Shown here one piece after another: positions 29,940 through 40,922 of a stretch of 64,000 nt of DNA. The position numbers and the translations under genes were made by a program. The DNA is from a bacterium. Its GTDB lineage: Bacteria; Verrucomicrobiota; Verrucomicrobiia; Chthoniobacterales; UBA6821. The notes below the pieces were generated by a model. It was given only the letters and a program-made list of their open reading frames with translations, did not search any database and was not told the origin of the DNA. Each line of letters opens with the position of its first letter. The stretch's first letter is position 1. The DNA is taken from NCBI GenBank assembly GCA_037130175.1, contig JBAXTN010000006.1:21829-85828 (forward strand), read 5' to 3'.

Positions 29940-32900
29940 ATGACCGAAACAGCACTCGCACCAACATTTGATCTTCAAGCGGATCCCAAAAAGGCCTCCT
30001 TCGACGAGGTCGGAATCACCGTTGCAGCCCCTGAAACAATCCGGGGCTGGAGTAAGGGAGAGGTGAAAAATCCTGAAACCATCAACTACCGCACTTTCAA
30101 ACCTGAAAAGGGCGGTCTTTTCTGCGAGCGCATTTTCGGGCCAACCCGAGACTGGGAATGTTCCTGCGGAAAGTACAAGCGCATCAAGCATAAGGATGTT
30201 GTCTGTGACCGCTGCGGTGTTGAGGTGACACTTAGCCGAGTCCGACGTGAGCGCATGGGACACATCGATCTCGCTGTTCCTGTTTCGCACATCTGGTTTT
30301 ACAAATGCATGCCGTCCCGTATCGGCCTCATGCTCGACCTTACCGGTCGTCAGCTTGAGCGGGTCATCTATTACGAGGATTACATCGTCATTGATCCAGG
30401 CAAGACCCCTTTTGAAAAGGGCCAACTCCTTACAGAAGTAGAATTCCGCGAAGCAGAGGATCAGTACGGCGAAGATTTTGTCGCTGGAATGGGAGGCGAG
30501 GCGATTCAAAAACTTCTCCAGAACATTGATCTTCTCGAAGAGCAGGTCGTCATCGAGAAGCAGATGACACAGACCAAGAGCAAACAGATTCGCAAGAAGC
30601 TGGCCAAGCGTCTGAAACTTGTTCAGGGATTCATCAGCTCAAAGACCCGTCCCGAGTGGATGATCATGAGCGTGCTGCCTGTGATCCCTCCTGATCTTCG
30701 TCCTCTTGTTCCTCTCGAAGGGGGACGGTTTGCGACCTCCGATCTAAACGATCTTTACCGTCGCGTCATCAACCGCAACAACCGTCTCCGCACGCTCCTC
30801 CAGCTCAAGACCCCGGAGGTCATTATTCGCAATGAAAAGCGGATGCTTCAGGAAGCTGTTGATGCTCTTTACGACAATGGCCGTCATGGCCGTGCTGTGA
30901 CCGGAGCCGCCAACCGTCCTCTCAAATCTCTGAGCGACATGCTCAAGGGCAAGGGGGGTCGATTCCGTCAGAACCTGCTCGGCAAACGAGTCGATTACTC
31001 GGGTCGTTCCGTCATCGTCATCGGGCCTGAGCTGAAGCTCAATCAGTGCGGTCTTCCCAAGAAGATGGCGCTCGTTCTCTTCGAGCCATTCATCATCCGA
31101 CGCCTCAAGGAGCTCGGCTATGTGCACACGGTGCGCAGCGCTAAGAAACTGATTGAACGCCAGACCCCGGAGGTTTGGGATATTCTGGAAGAAGTCACCA
31201 AGGGACATGCCGTTCTCCTGAACCGCGCACCGACCCTGCACCGTCTCTCAATTCAAGCCTTTGAGCCGATTCTCATCGAGGGTGAGGCGATCCGGGTGCA
31301 TCCGCTTGTCTGCACGGCCTACAATGCAGATTTCGATGGTGACCAGATGGCTGTCCATGTTCCTCTCTCCGTCGAGGCACAGCTTGAAGCCCGTACGCTG
31401 ATGCTGGCTCCCAACAACATCTTCTCTCCATCCAGTGGAAAGCCGATCACCAATCCGTCGCAGGACATTCCTCTCGGTTGCTACTATCTGACCCAGAATC
31501 CCCGCGTTGTGCTTGGGAAGGATGGCAAGGCCCCCGCGGAGAGTCGCATGCCTCTCTTTGGCGCAGCTAGTGAAGTGGAACTCGCTCTCTCGGAGGGAAG
31601 TGTCAGAATCCATACCCGTATCCGTCTTCAGAATCCTGACCGGGGAGCGCAGACCGTTTACGGTAACAGCGAACTGCCAGTCATCGAGACGACGGTTGGA
31701 CGAGTGCTTTTCAACCAGATCTGGCCCAAAGAGCTCGGATTTTACAACAAGGTTGCCGGCAAGAAACAACTGAGCGACATCATCTGGCGCTGCTACAAAG
31801 CAGTCGGTCAGGCACTCACTGTGGAAACCCTGGACAAGCTCAAGGAGCTTGGATTCCGCGAGGCCACTCGCGCTGGTGCCTCCATCGGTATCAATGACAT
31901 GATCATTCCGAAGGAAAAGGCTGCCCTTGTCGAGGGTGCCCAGAAACAGATCGCCGAAGTTCAGAAACAATATCGCCGTGGTATCATCACCGATGGTGAG
32001 CGAAAGAACAAAGTGCAGGACATCTGGACACACACCGGCGAGGAACTTGCCAACGCCCTTTTCCGCACCCTTGAGCACAACGATGGCCGTCGTGAAGCCA
32101 ATCCTGTCTTCATGATGGTCGATTCGGGTGCCCGAGGCAACCGTACCCAGGTCAAGCAGCTTGCGGGAATGCGCGGACTCATGGCCAAGCCATCGGGTGA
32201 GATCATCGAGCGCCCCATTCTTTCAAACTTCCGTGAGGGACTTTCAGTTCTTGAGTATTTCATCTCGACACACGGTGCCCGCAAGGGACTTGCCGATACG
32301 GCTTTGAAAACAGCCGATTCGGGCTATCTGACCCGCAAACTTGTTGATGCCTCTCAGGATGTAATCATCACTTCCGAGGATTGCGGTACGGTCAATGGTA
32401 TTGTTGTCCGTCCCATCTACGAGGGAGATGAGGAAGTCGTCAGCCTAGCCACCCGTATCATCGGTCGGGTCAGTTGTGAAACGGTAAAGGATCCAGTCAC
32501 CTCGCAACCAATCATCAAGGCCAGCCAGCTTATTGATGAGGAAATTGCAGCCGCCCTTGATAAGGTCGGACACGAGCAGCTTAAGATCCGTTCCGTGCTG
32601 ACCTGCGAAAACAAGCGCGGAGTCTGCGCGAAGTGCTATGGTCGCAATCTTTCCACCGGTCTCATGATCGGGCTTGGAGAGGCGGTCGGCATCATTGCCG
32701 CACAGTCCATCGGTGAACCTGGTACCCAGCTCACCATGCGTACCTTCCATGTCGGTGGTACTGCCAGCGGAACCTTTAAGCAACCTGTGATCAAAGCCAA
32801 GAACGAGGGTGTCATCCGCTTCAACGATCTGCGTGCCGTTCAGGCTCTGGACGGAACCTACATCGTCCTTTCCAAGAATGGAACGGTGGGCATCCATGGC

Positions 32901-34070
32901 AAGGATGGGCGCGAGCTGGAAAGTTACCCCGTTGTCATCGGTTCGGTCATCTCAATTGCCGATGGAGGCACAGTGAAAAAAGGCGAAACCTTTGTTCAAT
33001 GGGATCCTTACAATGTGCCGATCATTACCGAGAAGAATGGTAAGATCGAATTCCGGGACATGATCAGCGGCGTCACCATCCGCAAGGAGGTCGACGATGA
33101 GACTGGAGTCATGGGGACCGTGGTCATCGAGCACAAAGAGGATCTGCATCCGCAGATCGTCGTGGTTGATTCCGCCGGGACCATCGTGGCCAGTTATTCC
33201 ATTCCTGCCGGAGCTCACCTTGATGTCAAGGAAGGCGAAAAAGTTCAGGCGGGACAACGACTGGCCAAGACGCCTCGTAAGATCGCCAAGACCAAGGACA
33301 TTACTGGTGGTCTTCCCCGCGTTGCCGAACTTTTCGAAGCCCGCCGTCCAAAGGATGCCTGCGAGATCGCCCGCATCGACGGTATTGTCGATATCGGCGG
33401 TACGGTTCGGGGCAAGCGCAAGCTGATCGTCCGTGATCCGCAGACCGGCACCGAGGAAGAACACCTCATCCCGCTTTCCAAACACATCATCTCCTTCAAG
33501 GGTGATTTCGTGAAGAAAGGACAGCAACTCACCGAAGGGCCTGTCGTCCCTCATGAGATCCTTGATGTCTGTGGGCCTCAGGAGCTTCAGGAACATCTCC
33601 TGAACGAAGTTCAGGAAGTCTATCGTCTCCAAGGTGTCGAAATTAATGACAAGCACATCGAAATTATTGTCCGTCAGATGCTTCGCAAGGTGAAGATCAC
33701 CGATCCTGGTGATACGACACTGCTGTGGGGCGATCAGATCGACCGTCTGGAATTTGAGGCTGAAAACGAGCGCGTCAGTGCAAAGGGTGGCAAGCCAGCC
33801 GAGGCGGCTCCGGTGCTCCTTGGTATCACCAAGGCATCCCTCGAGACAGACAGTTTCATCTCAGCCGCTTCCTTCCAGGACACGACCCGCGTGCTTACAG
33901 AGGCAGCCACTTTCGGCAAGTCCGACAGACTGCGCGGATTCAAGGAGAATGTCATCATGGGGCATCTCATTCCTGCCGGCTCCGGATTCAAAACGAACCG
34001 TAATTTCGAACTGGTTCATCATGGGGACCAAGCTCTCGATGAGGATCAGCACACAGAAGAAGCCGTTTAA
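29940..34070 (+). CDS. rpoC: DNA-directed RNA polymerase subunit beta'
   Basis: 1376 aa. It has the zinc-binding N-terminus ([23 protein letters not shown]), the catalytic [12 protein letters not shown] motif, and trigger-loop and clamp regions. Confidence 0.99.
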   Translation: MTETALAPTFDLQADPKKASFDEVGITVAAPETIRGWSKGEVKNPETINYRTFKPEKGGLFCERIFGPTRDWECSCGKYKRIKHKDVVCDRCGVEVTLSRVRRERMGHIDLAVPVSHIWFYKCMPSRIGLMLDLTGRQLERVIYYEDYIVIDPGKTPFEKGQLLTEVEFREAEDQYGEDFVAGMGGEAIQKLLQNIDLLEEQVVIEKQMTQTKSKQIRKKLAKRLKLVQGFISSKTRPEWMIMSVLPVIPPDLRPLVPLEGGRFATSDLNDLYRRVINRNNRLRTLLQLKTPEVIIRNEKRMLQEAVDALYDNGRHGRAVTGAANRPLKSLSDMLKGKGGRFRQNLLGKRVDYSGRSVIVIGPELKLNQCGLPKKMALVLFEPFIIRRLKELGYVHTVRSAKKLIERQTPEVWDILEEVTKGHAVLLNRAPTLHRLSIQAFEPILIEGEAIRVHPLVCTAYNADFDGDQMAVHVPLSVEAQLEARTLMLAPNNIFSPSSGKPITNPSQDIPLGCYYLTQNPRVVLGKDGKAPAESRMPLFGAASEVELALSEGSVRIHTRIRLQNPDRGAQTVYGNSELPVIETTVGRVLFNQIWPKELGFYNKVAGKKQLSDIIWRCYKAVGQALTVETLDKLKELGFREATRAGASIGINDMIIPKEKAALVEGAQKQIAEVQKQYRRGIITDGERKNKVQDIWTHTGEELANALFRTLEHNDGRREANPVFMMVDSGARGNRTQVKQLAGMRGLMAKPSGEIIERPILSNFREGLSVLEYFISTHGARKGLADTALKTADSGYLTRKLVDASQDVIITSEDCGTVNGIVVRPIYEGDEEVVSLATRIIGRVSCETVKDPVTSQPIIKASQLIDEEIAAALDKVGHEQLKIRSVLTCENKRGVCAKCYGRNLSTGLMIGLGEAVGIIAAQSIGEPGTQLTMRTFHVGGTASGTFKQPVIKAKNEGVIRFNDLRAVQALDGTYIVLSKNGTVGIHGKDGRELESYPVVIGSVISIADGGTVKKGETFVQWDPYNVPIITEKNGKIEFRDMISGVTIRKEVDDETGVMGTVVIEHKEDLHPQIVVVDSAGTIVASYSIPAGAHLDVKEGEKVQAGQRLAKTPRKIAKTKDITGGLPRVAELFEARRPKDACEIARIDGIVDIGGTVRGKRKLIVRDPQTGTEEEHLIPLSKHIISFKGDFVKKGQQLTEGPVVPHEILDVCGPQELQEHLLNEVQEVYRLQGVEINDKHIEIIVRQMLRKVKITDPGDTTLLWGDQIDRLEFEAENERVSAKGGKPAEAAPVLLGITKASLETDSFISAASFQDTTRVLTEAATFGKSDRLRGFKENVIMGHLIPAGSGFKTNRNFELVHHGDQALDEDQHTEEAV

Positions 34071-34129
34071 AACCCATCCGTTAAGCCCACGCTCCATCAT
34101 ACTCCTTAGCCCAGCAACCCATCCTTCCT

Positions 34130-34876
34130 ATGCCTGTTGAAACAATGACCGAACTTCTCGAAGCGGGTGTCCATTACGGACACCAGACCAAACGCTGGAA
34201 TCCGCGGATGCGCGATTTCATTCTCGAGGAAAAAAATTCCATCCACATCATCGATCTTTCCAAGACTGTCGGCCAGTTGATCGCTGCCGGAGAATTTCTC
34301 TCAGGAATCGTTCGTCAGGGGGGGAAGATCCTTTTTGTAGGATGCAAAAAACAGGCTCAGGAAGCTGTCAAGGAAGCCGCACAAGCAAGTGGTCAGTTCT
34401 ATGTGAATCAACGCTGGCTTGGTGGTACGCTCACAAACCTTGTGACTATCCGCAAGAGTGTCTCAAAATTGAAGGATTTTGAAGCCCTTGAGAAGAGTGC
34501 TGGATTCCACAAGATCAACAAAGCTGAGGCTTCTGCTCTCCGCCGTGAGGCCAACCGTATCCGTCAGAATCTTGAGGGTGTGCTTGAGATGGAGAAACTT
34601 CCCGATGCCATCGTCATCATAGACACGGTCAAGGAGGCCATTGCCGTTGCTGAATCCCGTCGTCTCGGCATACCCATTGTTGCCATCGTCGATACCAACA
34701 GCAATCCCGAGGAGATCAATTATCCGATCGCAGGTAATGACGATGCGATCCGCGCCATCCGTATCATTCTTCAAAAAATCGTTGATTCCCTTGCCAAATC
34801 CGGCGGCGGTCGTGCCCCTGGCTCTCCCGCAACTGTTGTGGCAGCGGTCGAGGAATTGACAGCTGTCGCTGAGTAA
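34130..34876 (+). CDS. rpsB: 30S ribosomal protein S2
   Basis: LLEAGVHYGHQTKRWNPRM...VNQRWLGGTLTN...IVAIVDTNSNPEEINYPIAGNDDAIRAI. Confidence 0.97.
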   Translation: MPVETMTELLEAGVHYGHQTKRWNPRMRDFILEEKNSIHIIDLSKTVGQLIAAGEFLSGIVRQGGKILFVGCKKQAQEAVKEAAQASGQFYVNQRWLGGTLTNLVTIRKSVSKLKDFEALEKSAGFHKINKAEASALRREANRIRQNLEGVLEMEKLPDAIVIIDTVKEAIAVAESRRLGIPIVAIVDTNSNPEEINYPIAGNDDAIRAIRIILQKIVDSLAKSGGGRAPGSPATVVAAVEELTAVAE

Positions 34877-34911
34877 TCGACTCACGACAACCCAACCGCA
34901 AAACCAAAAAT

Positions 34912-35532
34912 ATGGCTGATATTTCACCAGTCCTCGTCAAGACCCTCCGCGAAAAAACAAACGCCGGCATGATGGATTGCAAGCGCGCCCTGACCGAAGC
35001 TGGCGGAGACATTGAGAAAGCTGAATCCATTCTCCGTCAAAAAGGGATCGCAAGTGCGGGCAAGAAAGCCTCCCGTGCCGCCAAGGAGGGCATCATCGCC
35101 TCCTACATTCACCTTCAGGGAAAGGTTGGTGTTTTGGTCGAGATCAACTGCGAGACCGACTTTGTAGCCAAGAACGACAATTTTCGTGATTTCGTCAAGG
35201 ACATCACTCTGCAAATCGCCGCAGCCCATCCGCTCGTCGTCTCGCGCGAACAGGTTGATCCCACCCTTGTCGCCTCGGAACGCGAGATCTACAAGGCTCA
35301 GGTGCACGGCAAGCCGGAGGCCATCGCCGAGAAGATCGTTGACGGCAAGTTGGATAAATATTTCAGCACGATCTGCCTTCTTGAGCAGGCTTGCATCAAG
35401 AATCCTGACATTACCGTGAAGGATCTTATCGGCACCAAGATCTCTGAACTCGGCGAGAATATCGTCATCCGTCGATTTACCCGCTACATGGTGGGTGAAG
35501 AGAGCGGTCATTCCGAAACCGAGGGTGAATAG
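34912..35532 (+). CDS. tsf: Translation elongation factor Ts (short form, 206 aa)
   Basis: LVKTLREKTNAGMMDCKRALTEAGGDIEKAESILRQKG...YIHLQGKVGVLVEINCETDFVAKN. Confidence 0.95.
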   Translation: MADISPVLVKTLREKTNAGMMDCKRALTEAGGDIEKAESILRQKGIASAGKKASRAAKEGIIASYIHLQGKVGVLVEINCETDFVAKNDNFRDFVKDITLQIAAAHPLVVSREQVDPTLVASEREIYKAQVHGKPEAIAEKIVDGKLDKYFSTICLLEQACIKNPDITVKDLIGTKISELGENIVIRRFTRYMVGEESGHSETEGE

Positions 35533-35574
35533 GCCGCACAAGCCTGGTTGCTCTTCTAAAAAACAAGGATACCG

Positions 35575-36036
35575 ATGACTCTCGCGAGCCTGCTCTCCGA
35601 GGATCAGATCATCCCTGAATTGTCGGCAACGGATCGCTGGCAGGCTCTGGACGAAATTGTCTCGCATCTTGTGGCGGAGGGGCATCTTGATGCCGAATTC
35701 CGCGCTGATGCGATCACCGCCCTGTGTCATCGTGAGGAAACGATGAGCACCGGCATAGGGTTTGGTATCGCTATTCCTCATGCAAGCTGCGATGCCGTAA
35801 AGGAAGTGACAGCCTGTTTCGCCCGCTCCAAGGCTGGTGTTGATTTCGAATCACTCGATGGGAAGCCGGTGCATTGTATCGTCCTCTTTCTGGTTCCGAA
35901 GGATCAGTTTCAGACCCATCTGCGCACCCTGGCTGCCATTGCCAAGTTCCTGAACGACCCTGTCGTGCGTGGGGAGTTGGCATCGGCATCGGATGCCGAT
36001 GCGATTCTTAAGGTCTTTGAGCGGAAAGCTGCGTAA
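35575..36036 (+). CDS. ptsN: PTS EIIA(Ntr)-like regulatory protein
   Basis: EIIA fructose/Ntr fold with the phosphorylatable His in STGIGFGIAIPHAS, 153 aa. Confidence 0.8.
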   Translation: MTLASLLSEDQIIPELSATDRWQALDEIVSHLVAEGHLDAEFRADAITALCHREETMSTGIGFGIAIPHASCDAVKEVTACFARSKAGVDFESLDGKPVHCIVLFLVPKDQFQTHLRTLAAIAKFLNDPVVRGELASASDADAILKVFERKAA

Positions 36037-36059
36037 GTCCGTAGGCTTACGGGAGGATG

Positions 36060-36181
36060 TTAGCTTTTTAGACTGAAGACTGTTAGGTGTGATTCCGAAC
36101 AGCCTTTATTTTAAATGAAGGCGAGGGGCGGGTGATGCCGTTCTTTTCCCGTCCTAAGAGTCTAACAGACTAAAAGCCTAA
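36060..36181. repeat. Imperfect ~28-nt inverted repeat flanking a ~65-nt core in the ptsN-argS spacer
   Basis: Left arm TTAGCTTTTTAGACTGAAGACTGTTAGG (36060-36087). Right arm CCTAAGAGTCTAACAGACTAAAAGCCTAA (36153-36181). About 22 positions are complementary by eye. Confidence 0.5.
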
Positions 36182-36194
36182 ACCCCTATTTTCC

Positions 36195-37907
36195 ATGCCC
36201 CTTCAATCCAACCTCACTTCCCGCGTGGCCGATGCCCTTGCCGTGGCGGGGATTGACCGCAAGTTTGCCGTCATCACACCCGCTGCCGATACGAGATTCG
36301 GGGATTATCAAACGAATGCGGCAATGGTGGCGGCAAAGTCGTTGAAAACAAACCCCCGTGAGGTGGCGGCACGGATCCTGACCCATCTTTCCGTGGAGGA
36401 TCTCTGTGAGAAACCACAGGTCGCCGGGGCAGGCTTTATCAATTTCAAGATCCTCAATGCGGCACTGGCTGATGCGGTCAATGCCATCCGTGTCGATGAA
36501 CGGCTGGGAGTGGAACCTGCGGTGACGCCGCAGACCATCGTCATTGATTTCAGTTCACCGAATGTGGCCAAGCCAATGCATGTCGGTCATATCCGCAGCA
36601 CGATTCTCGGCGATTCTCTCGCCCGTGTGGCCCGCCATCTCGGGCATCGCGTCATCACCGACAATCATATCGGCGACTGGGGCACCCAGTTCGGGAAAGT
36701 GATCTACGGATGGAAGCACTTCCTCAACAAGGAGGCCTTGGAAGCCGCCCCCATCGAGGAACTTGTGCGTCTCTACCGAGAGGTGAACGCCCTTGAAGAA
36801 TCCAATCCTCAGATCAGGGAAACGGTGCGCGGAGAGTTGGTGAAACTTCAACAGGGGGATGAGGAAAACCTGATCATCTGGAAACAGGCAGTCGCCTACT
36901 CCTGGAAAGAATTTGAACGCCTCTACGGACTTCTCGATATTTCTTTTGATCAATGCCTGGGGGAGAGCTTTTACAACGACGCCCTCGGTCCACTGGTGGA
37001 GCGGCTGTTGGCCAGCGGTATTGCAGAGATCAGCGAAGGAGCTGCCTGTATTTTCTTCCGTGATCTTCCCTCACTTGAGGAAAAGCCGTGTCTCATCCGC
37101 AAGGGTGACGGTGGCTATCTCTATGCCACAACCGATCTGGCGACGCTGGAATATCGCGAGGAACGATGGAAACCGGATTCCGTATGGTATGTGACCGGTG
37201 TTCCACAGCAGCTCCATTTTGACCAGGTTTTTGCTGCCGCGCGCAAACTTGGTATCACGGGAGATCTGCGCCATGTCGCCTTCGGCAGTATTCTTGGTGA
37301 GGATCGCAAGATGATGAAGACCCGTTCCGGCGAGAATGTGGAGCTGGGAGCCATGCTCAATGAGGCGATGGAACGCGCCTTGGCCGTCGTCGCGGAGAAA
37401 AATCCTGATCTGCCTATCGAGGAACAGAAAGAGATCGCGAAGATCATCGGACTCGGTGCCGTGAAATATGCCGATCTGATGCAGCACAGGCTGACAGATT
37501 ATGTCTTTTCATGGGAGAAGATGCTCTCTTTTCAGGGGAATACGGCCCCCTATCTACAGAACGCCTATGTCCGCATCCGCTCGATTTTCCGTAAAGCTGT
37601 GGAGAGTGGAGTCTCAACGGAAGATGCGGAAATCATCATCCAAGCTCCGGCAGAGCGAGCCCTGGCACTTCAGATTCTCCAATTTGGAGAAGTGCTTCAT
37701 TCCGTGCTGGATGATCAACGACCCAATCTCCTTTGCCTCTATCTCTACGAACTCGCCAACAACTTCCACAGTTTCTATGAAGCGTGCCCCATCCTCAAAT
37801 CGGAGGGAACTATCCGCGAGTCGAGACTGGCTTTGGCCGGAGTGACGGCGAAGGTGCTGAAAACGGGACTGGGACTATTAGGAATTTCCGTCCCAGAAAG
37901 GATGTAG
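36195..37907 (+). CDS. argS: Arginyl-tRNA synthetase
   Basis: Class I HIGH region SSPNVAKPMHVGHIRSTILGD, a DALR anticodon-binding domain and the typical C-terminal ...PERM. Confidence 0.95.
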   Translation: MPLQSNLTSRVADALAVAGIDRKFAVITPAADTRFGDYQTNAAMVAAKSLKTNPREVAARILTHLSVEDLCEKPQVAGAGFINFKILNAALADAVNAIRVDERLGVEPAVTPQTIVIDFSSPNVAKPMHVGHIRSTILGDSLARVARHLGHRVITDNHIGDWGTQFGKVIYGWKHFLNKEALEAAPIEELVRLYREVNALEESNPQIRETVRGELVKLQQGDEENLIIWKQAVAYSWKEFERLYGLLDISFDQCLGESFYNDALGPLVERLLASGIAEISEGAACIFFRDLPSLEEKPCLIRKGDGGYLYATTDLATLEYREERWKPDSVWYVTGVPQQLHFDQVFAAARKLGITGDLRHVAFGSILGEDRKMMKTRSGENVELGAMLNEAMERALAVVAEKNPDLPIEEQKEIAKIIGLGAVKYADLMQHRLTDYVFSWEKMLSFQGNTAPYLQNAYVRIRSIFRKAVESGVSTEDAEIIIQAPAERALALQILQFGEVLHSVLDDQRPNLLCLYLYELANNFHSFYEACPILKSEGTIRESRLALAGVTAKVLKTGLGLLGISVPERM

Positions 37908-38208
37908 CATTGGGTGGGCTTGGGACTTTCGCACCCCGCGGCGTTCTGCTGCGCTCGCAGTATAAGATATACAGTTTCGCTTGCAGGCCTTGCGCTGCAT
38001 AGAAACTTCCTGCGCCCTGCTGCAAAGAGAGTCAAGAAGGGGAAACTTGCTGTCTGTCAGAAATGGGGATAGAGGTTGCCGATGAGTATTGCGTTGAGAA
38101 ATGTTTGAGATTCTTGGGAGTCCCTTTTTCAGCCGAACTTCTCTGATGCAGGAGATTTAAGACGAATAAATTCTTCGCCTAATTTTAGTTAGGCCATTTT
38201 CAAGCGAC

Positions 38209-38457
38209 ATGACTTTACAAGACGAAGACGAGCTACATCGACTGACGGAGATGCTTCGGGAGGTAGAGTCCACACTTCAACCTGACTCGCCTTTACGCGA
38301 AGCAGTCAAGAAAGCTGGGCTCAGTTTAACATTTTCATATATTCATAAACTGAGGCCAGAGATCGAGCGTATATATTCAGGTCTTGGGACAGCAACGGTT
38401 TCTAAAGCACAGCGAGAGAACCTCGTTAAGTTGGGATTAAATCCTGACGCCGATTGA
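38209..38457 (+). CDS. Hypothetical small protein (82 aa)
   Basis: The only ORF in a noticeably AT-richer ~650-nt gap. The predicted protein is helical and charged (MTLQDEDELHRLTEMLREVESTL...). I recognise no homology. Confidence 0.35.
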   Translation: MTLQDEDELHRLTEMLREVESTLQPDSPLREAVKKAGLSLTFSYIHKLRPEIERIYSGLGTATVSKAQRENLVKLGLNPDAD

Positions 38458-38581
38458 ATATGGCGGTAATACGGTCTAACCAATCACTGGAGCGAATCCT
38501 AGGCATTCACCGATCATTTTAGCGACCACCATCTTACGGATCTCTCAGTCCAAGCCTCTAACCCTCCAACCTCTCGCGTAC

Positions 38582-39997
38582 TTACGCCAGGAGGGCATCC
38601 AGGACTTGTTTGGCGGTGTAGGTTTTTTCTCCCGGAGTGAGGAAGGCGGCGATGTTGGCCACCTGATCTCCAGCTGTCAGGATGGGGGCTTCGATCTGGC
38701 CGTTGGAATGGATCTGACCGAGGCCGATGCTCGCCAGCAGTGAGTTGCACAGGCATCTGCGGCCTTCCGTTTCGTCGGGATTGCCTCCCTTGGCGACGAA
38801 TTTGTCCACAGGCTCCGCGGAGCAACGGAAGCCGGATGTGCCATCCTCTTTTCGATAGGCTTGACGGAGGAATCCGAGATCGCAGACGCGGTTGCGTGCC
38901 TCGTAGATTTCTTCTTCGGAGAGGGTTCCCTCGGCCTGAACGACCTTGAAGGGAAAACCGGTGGGTGAGGCACTCGGATCAGTGAAGAGTTCCACTGTGC
39001 CCGCGAGACTCTTTTCAATGATCTGCTGCTTGAGTTCGTCGGTAAGGCCCGACTCTTCGCAGAAGGCAAAAGGCGTTCCGACTTGGATACCCACGGCACC
39101 GAGGGAGGTGGCCTCTTTCAGTTTTCCGGGAAGCCCGAAGGATCCGGCAAGCCAGAAGGGTAGGCCTAGGGCCTGGATTTTTTTCAGATCGGGAAGATCG
39201 CGTTCGGTGTAGAGAGGCTCTCCTCGTTCGCTCAACTGCATGACTCCGCGAGGGGGGGCATTGTGTCCTCCGGCGGTTGCTCCCTCCACAATAAAGCCAT
39301 CGACCTGACCTGTTGATTTGCGGGCAAGCGAGATAGCAAGGGTGGCTGAGGAGACGATGGCGAGGAACTTGGGGCGTTTCAGGAGGGGAGCGTTGCCCCC
39401 CCACAAGCTCTGGGGATCAAGGGAGAGTAAAAATTCTTCTCCCGGAAGCGCCTGCTCGACATCGAGTCTCATGGTCACCGCCTTGCCAAGGGACAGTTCG
39501 TCAAGGATCCCCGGAATGGAGCGTGGAATGCCGGCTCCCATCAGAACAAATGCCACGCCCGCCAGCATAGCTCCATAGATGGAGGGAAGGGTGGAGGTCT
39601 GGATTTTCTCAAGGAAGTTGATTCCGACGAGTCCCTGATGTCCTTCTTTGGCAAGAAAGACTTCCGTGAAGTTGGCGAGGATGGTGAGTTCGGTGGCGAG
39701 TTGTGAGTCGTGCTGGGAATGTAGGGGGATACCCCTGAAGGGTTGATTTTCAGCCTTTCCTCCCGGGATGAAGTAGCGGGTCAGGATCCGCTGCGCCATT
39801 TCAGGAATGGGAAAGGCCTCAAAGGCTCTCCTGACATTGCCGCTGAGATCGCCCAGTTGCAGGCGTCTTGCAAGGACGGCATCGATGGCGGTTCCGGAAA
39901 CGACGCCGAGCTGTCCGAGCCGGGCGATAGTGTTGGCCAGTTTCCAGTTTGAGACACCGACGCCCATGCCTCCTTGAATGATTTCGGGATACTTCAT
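38582..39997 (-). CDS. FMN-dependent nitronate monooxygenase / 2-nitropropane dioxygenase-family oxidoreductase (long, 471 aa form)
   Basis: N-terminal IIQGGMGVGVSNWKLANTIARLGQLGVVSGT and a TIM-barrel FMN site (GFIVEGATAGGHN). Confidence 0.78.
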   Translation of the reverse strand: MKYPEIIQGGMGVGVSNWKLANTIARLGQLGVVSGTAIDAVLARRLQLGDLSGNVRRAFEAFPIPEMAQRILTRYFIPGGKAENQPFRGIPLHSQHDSQLATELTILANFTEVFLAKEGHQGLVGINFLEKIQTSTLPSIYGAMLAGVAFVLMGAGIPRSIPGILDELSLGKAVTMRLDVEQALPGEEFLLSLDPQSLWGGNAPLLKRPKFLAIVSSATLAISLARKSTGQVDGFIVEGATAGGHNAPPRGVMQLSERGEPLYTERDLPDLKKIQALGLPFWLAGSFGLPGKLKEATSLGAVGIQVGTPFAFCEESGLTDELKQQIIEKSLAGTVELFTDPSASPTGFPFKVVQAEGTLSEEEIYEARNRVCDLGFLRQAYRKEDGTSGFRCSAEPVDKFVAKGGNPDETEGRRCLCNSLLASIGLGQIHSNGQIEAPILTAGDQVANIAAFLTPGEKTYTAKQVLDALLA

Positions 39998-40047
39998 ATG
40001 TGATGGAAAACGGCACGAGGCCGTTGATCACGAAAACTCTATCTTGA

Positions 40048-40788
40048 TTATGCCGCGGTAGCAATGAGTTCAATATCCTCACATCCCTGGCTTCGAAATT
40101 GTTGGATCACAGAGGGGTGGGTACCGAGCTGTTGTAGTTGGGCATGGAGATCTTCCAGATCCTGGGCGGTATGGAGAAGGGGATGCACCGTAGTGCGGAG
40201 TTGATAGGCAATGCCTGCCTCAAGGATCAGTTGCAGCGAGGCCTGAACGCGGGCTGCCGATCCCTCCATCCCGGTGATGAGGTCGTATCGGGAGTCCAGC
40301 GGTGCCTTGATGTCGAGACCGACCCAGTCGAGCAGATGAAGAATCGTCTTCAATCGATCGGGAAGCGATCCAGAGGTATGGAGGCCGATGCGATAGCCCA
40401 TCTGACGCGCCTCTTCTATTGCGCTCTTCAGTGCGGATTGTGCAGTCGGTTCCCCTCCGCTAAAGACAACACCATCGAGAAATCCCACGCGTTCGTGGAG
40501 AAAGGATCGCGCTTTCTCCCAGTTCCATTCCCCCTGATTGTCCGTCGGATGGTATGGGCGCAGGTGTGTATTGTGGCAATAGCGACATCCCCACGGGCAG
40601 CCCTGAAGAAAGAAAACGGCTGCCAGTGTGCCTGGAAAATCGACGCTCGAGAAGGGAACCACTCCCGCGAGCACCAGCTCCCGATTCGAGGGAATCGGAT
40701 CAGGAGAGTTGACTCTCAAGTTCGCGTGAGGTAGCCGATGCAGTCGATGCGCTGAGTGGATGCTCGACGAAGTGACGGCGTTCGGCAT
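40048..40788 (-). CDS. nrdG: Anaerobic ribonucleoside-triphosphate reductase activating protein (radical SAM)
   Basis: SSVDFPGTLAAVFFLQGCPWGCRYCHN contains the CX3CX2C cluster; GVVFSGGEPT follows. The start is uncertain: ATG 40788, or a TTG/GTG near 40720-40690, which would reduce overlap with the small upstream ORF. Confidence 0.85.
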   Translation of the reverse strand: MPNAVTSSSIHSAHRLHRLPHANLRVNSPDPIPSNRELVLAGVVPFSSVDFPGTLAAVFFLQGCPWGCRYCHNTHLRPYHPTDNQGEWNWEKARSFLHERVGFLDGVVFSGGEPTAQSALKSAIEEARQMGYRIGLHTSGSLPDRLKTILHLLDWVGLDIKAPLDSRYDLITGMEGSAARVQASLQLILEAGIAYQLRTTVHPLLHTAQDLEDLHAQLQQLGTHPSVIQQFRSQGCEDIELIATAA

Positions 40789-40903
40789 GTTCTTCTTTCT
40801 TGCCACGATTGAATTGGGAGACTGGGCGATGGTATCCCATGACACGGGTCCAGACTTCGCAGGGCTGGCGTTCGCTATCGTCGAGTTGGGTGGTGTTTTG
40901 CAT
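40700..40903 (-). CDS. Stand-alone NrdD C-terminal glycyl-radical domain (67 aa); either a split gene or a frameshifted fragment
   Basis: ATG at 40903 gives MQNTTQLDDSERQPCEVWTRVMGYHRPVSQFNRGKKEEHAERRHF.... This carries the RVxGY...RPV...NxGKxxE glycyl-radical signature that is missing from the nrdD ORF ending at 40923. Confidence 0.6.
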   Translation of the reverse strand: MQNTTQLDDSERQPCEVWTRVMGYHRPVSQFNRGKKEEHAERRHFVEHPLSASTASATSRELESQLS

Positions 40904-40922
40904 GGTGTGGTTTGTTTTGGGG

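Noticed and set aside
31248-32078. 276-aa ORF antisense to rpoC, plus similar long antisense ORFs at 26631..27236 (rpoB), 29931..30509 and 32952..33656 (rpoC).
   Set aside because: They lie fully inside highly conserved sense genes, have low-complexity composition and no recognisable motifs. They are typical shadow ORFs of GC-biased codon usage.
34924-35781. 285-aa ORF antisense to tsf and the ptsN start.
   Set aside because: It overlaps two well-supported genes on the other strand and resembles no family, so it is a shadow ORF.
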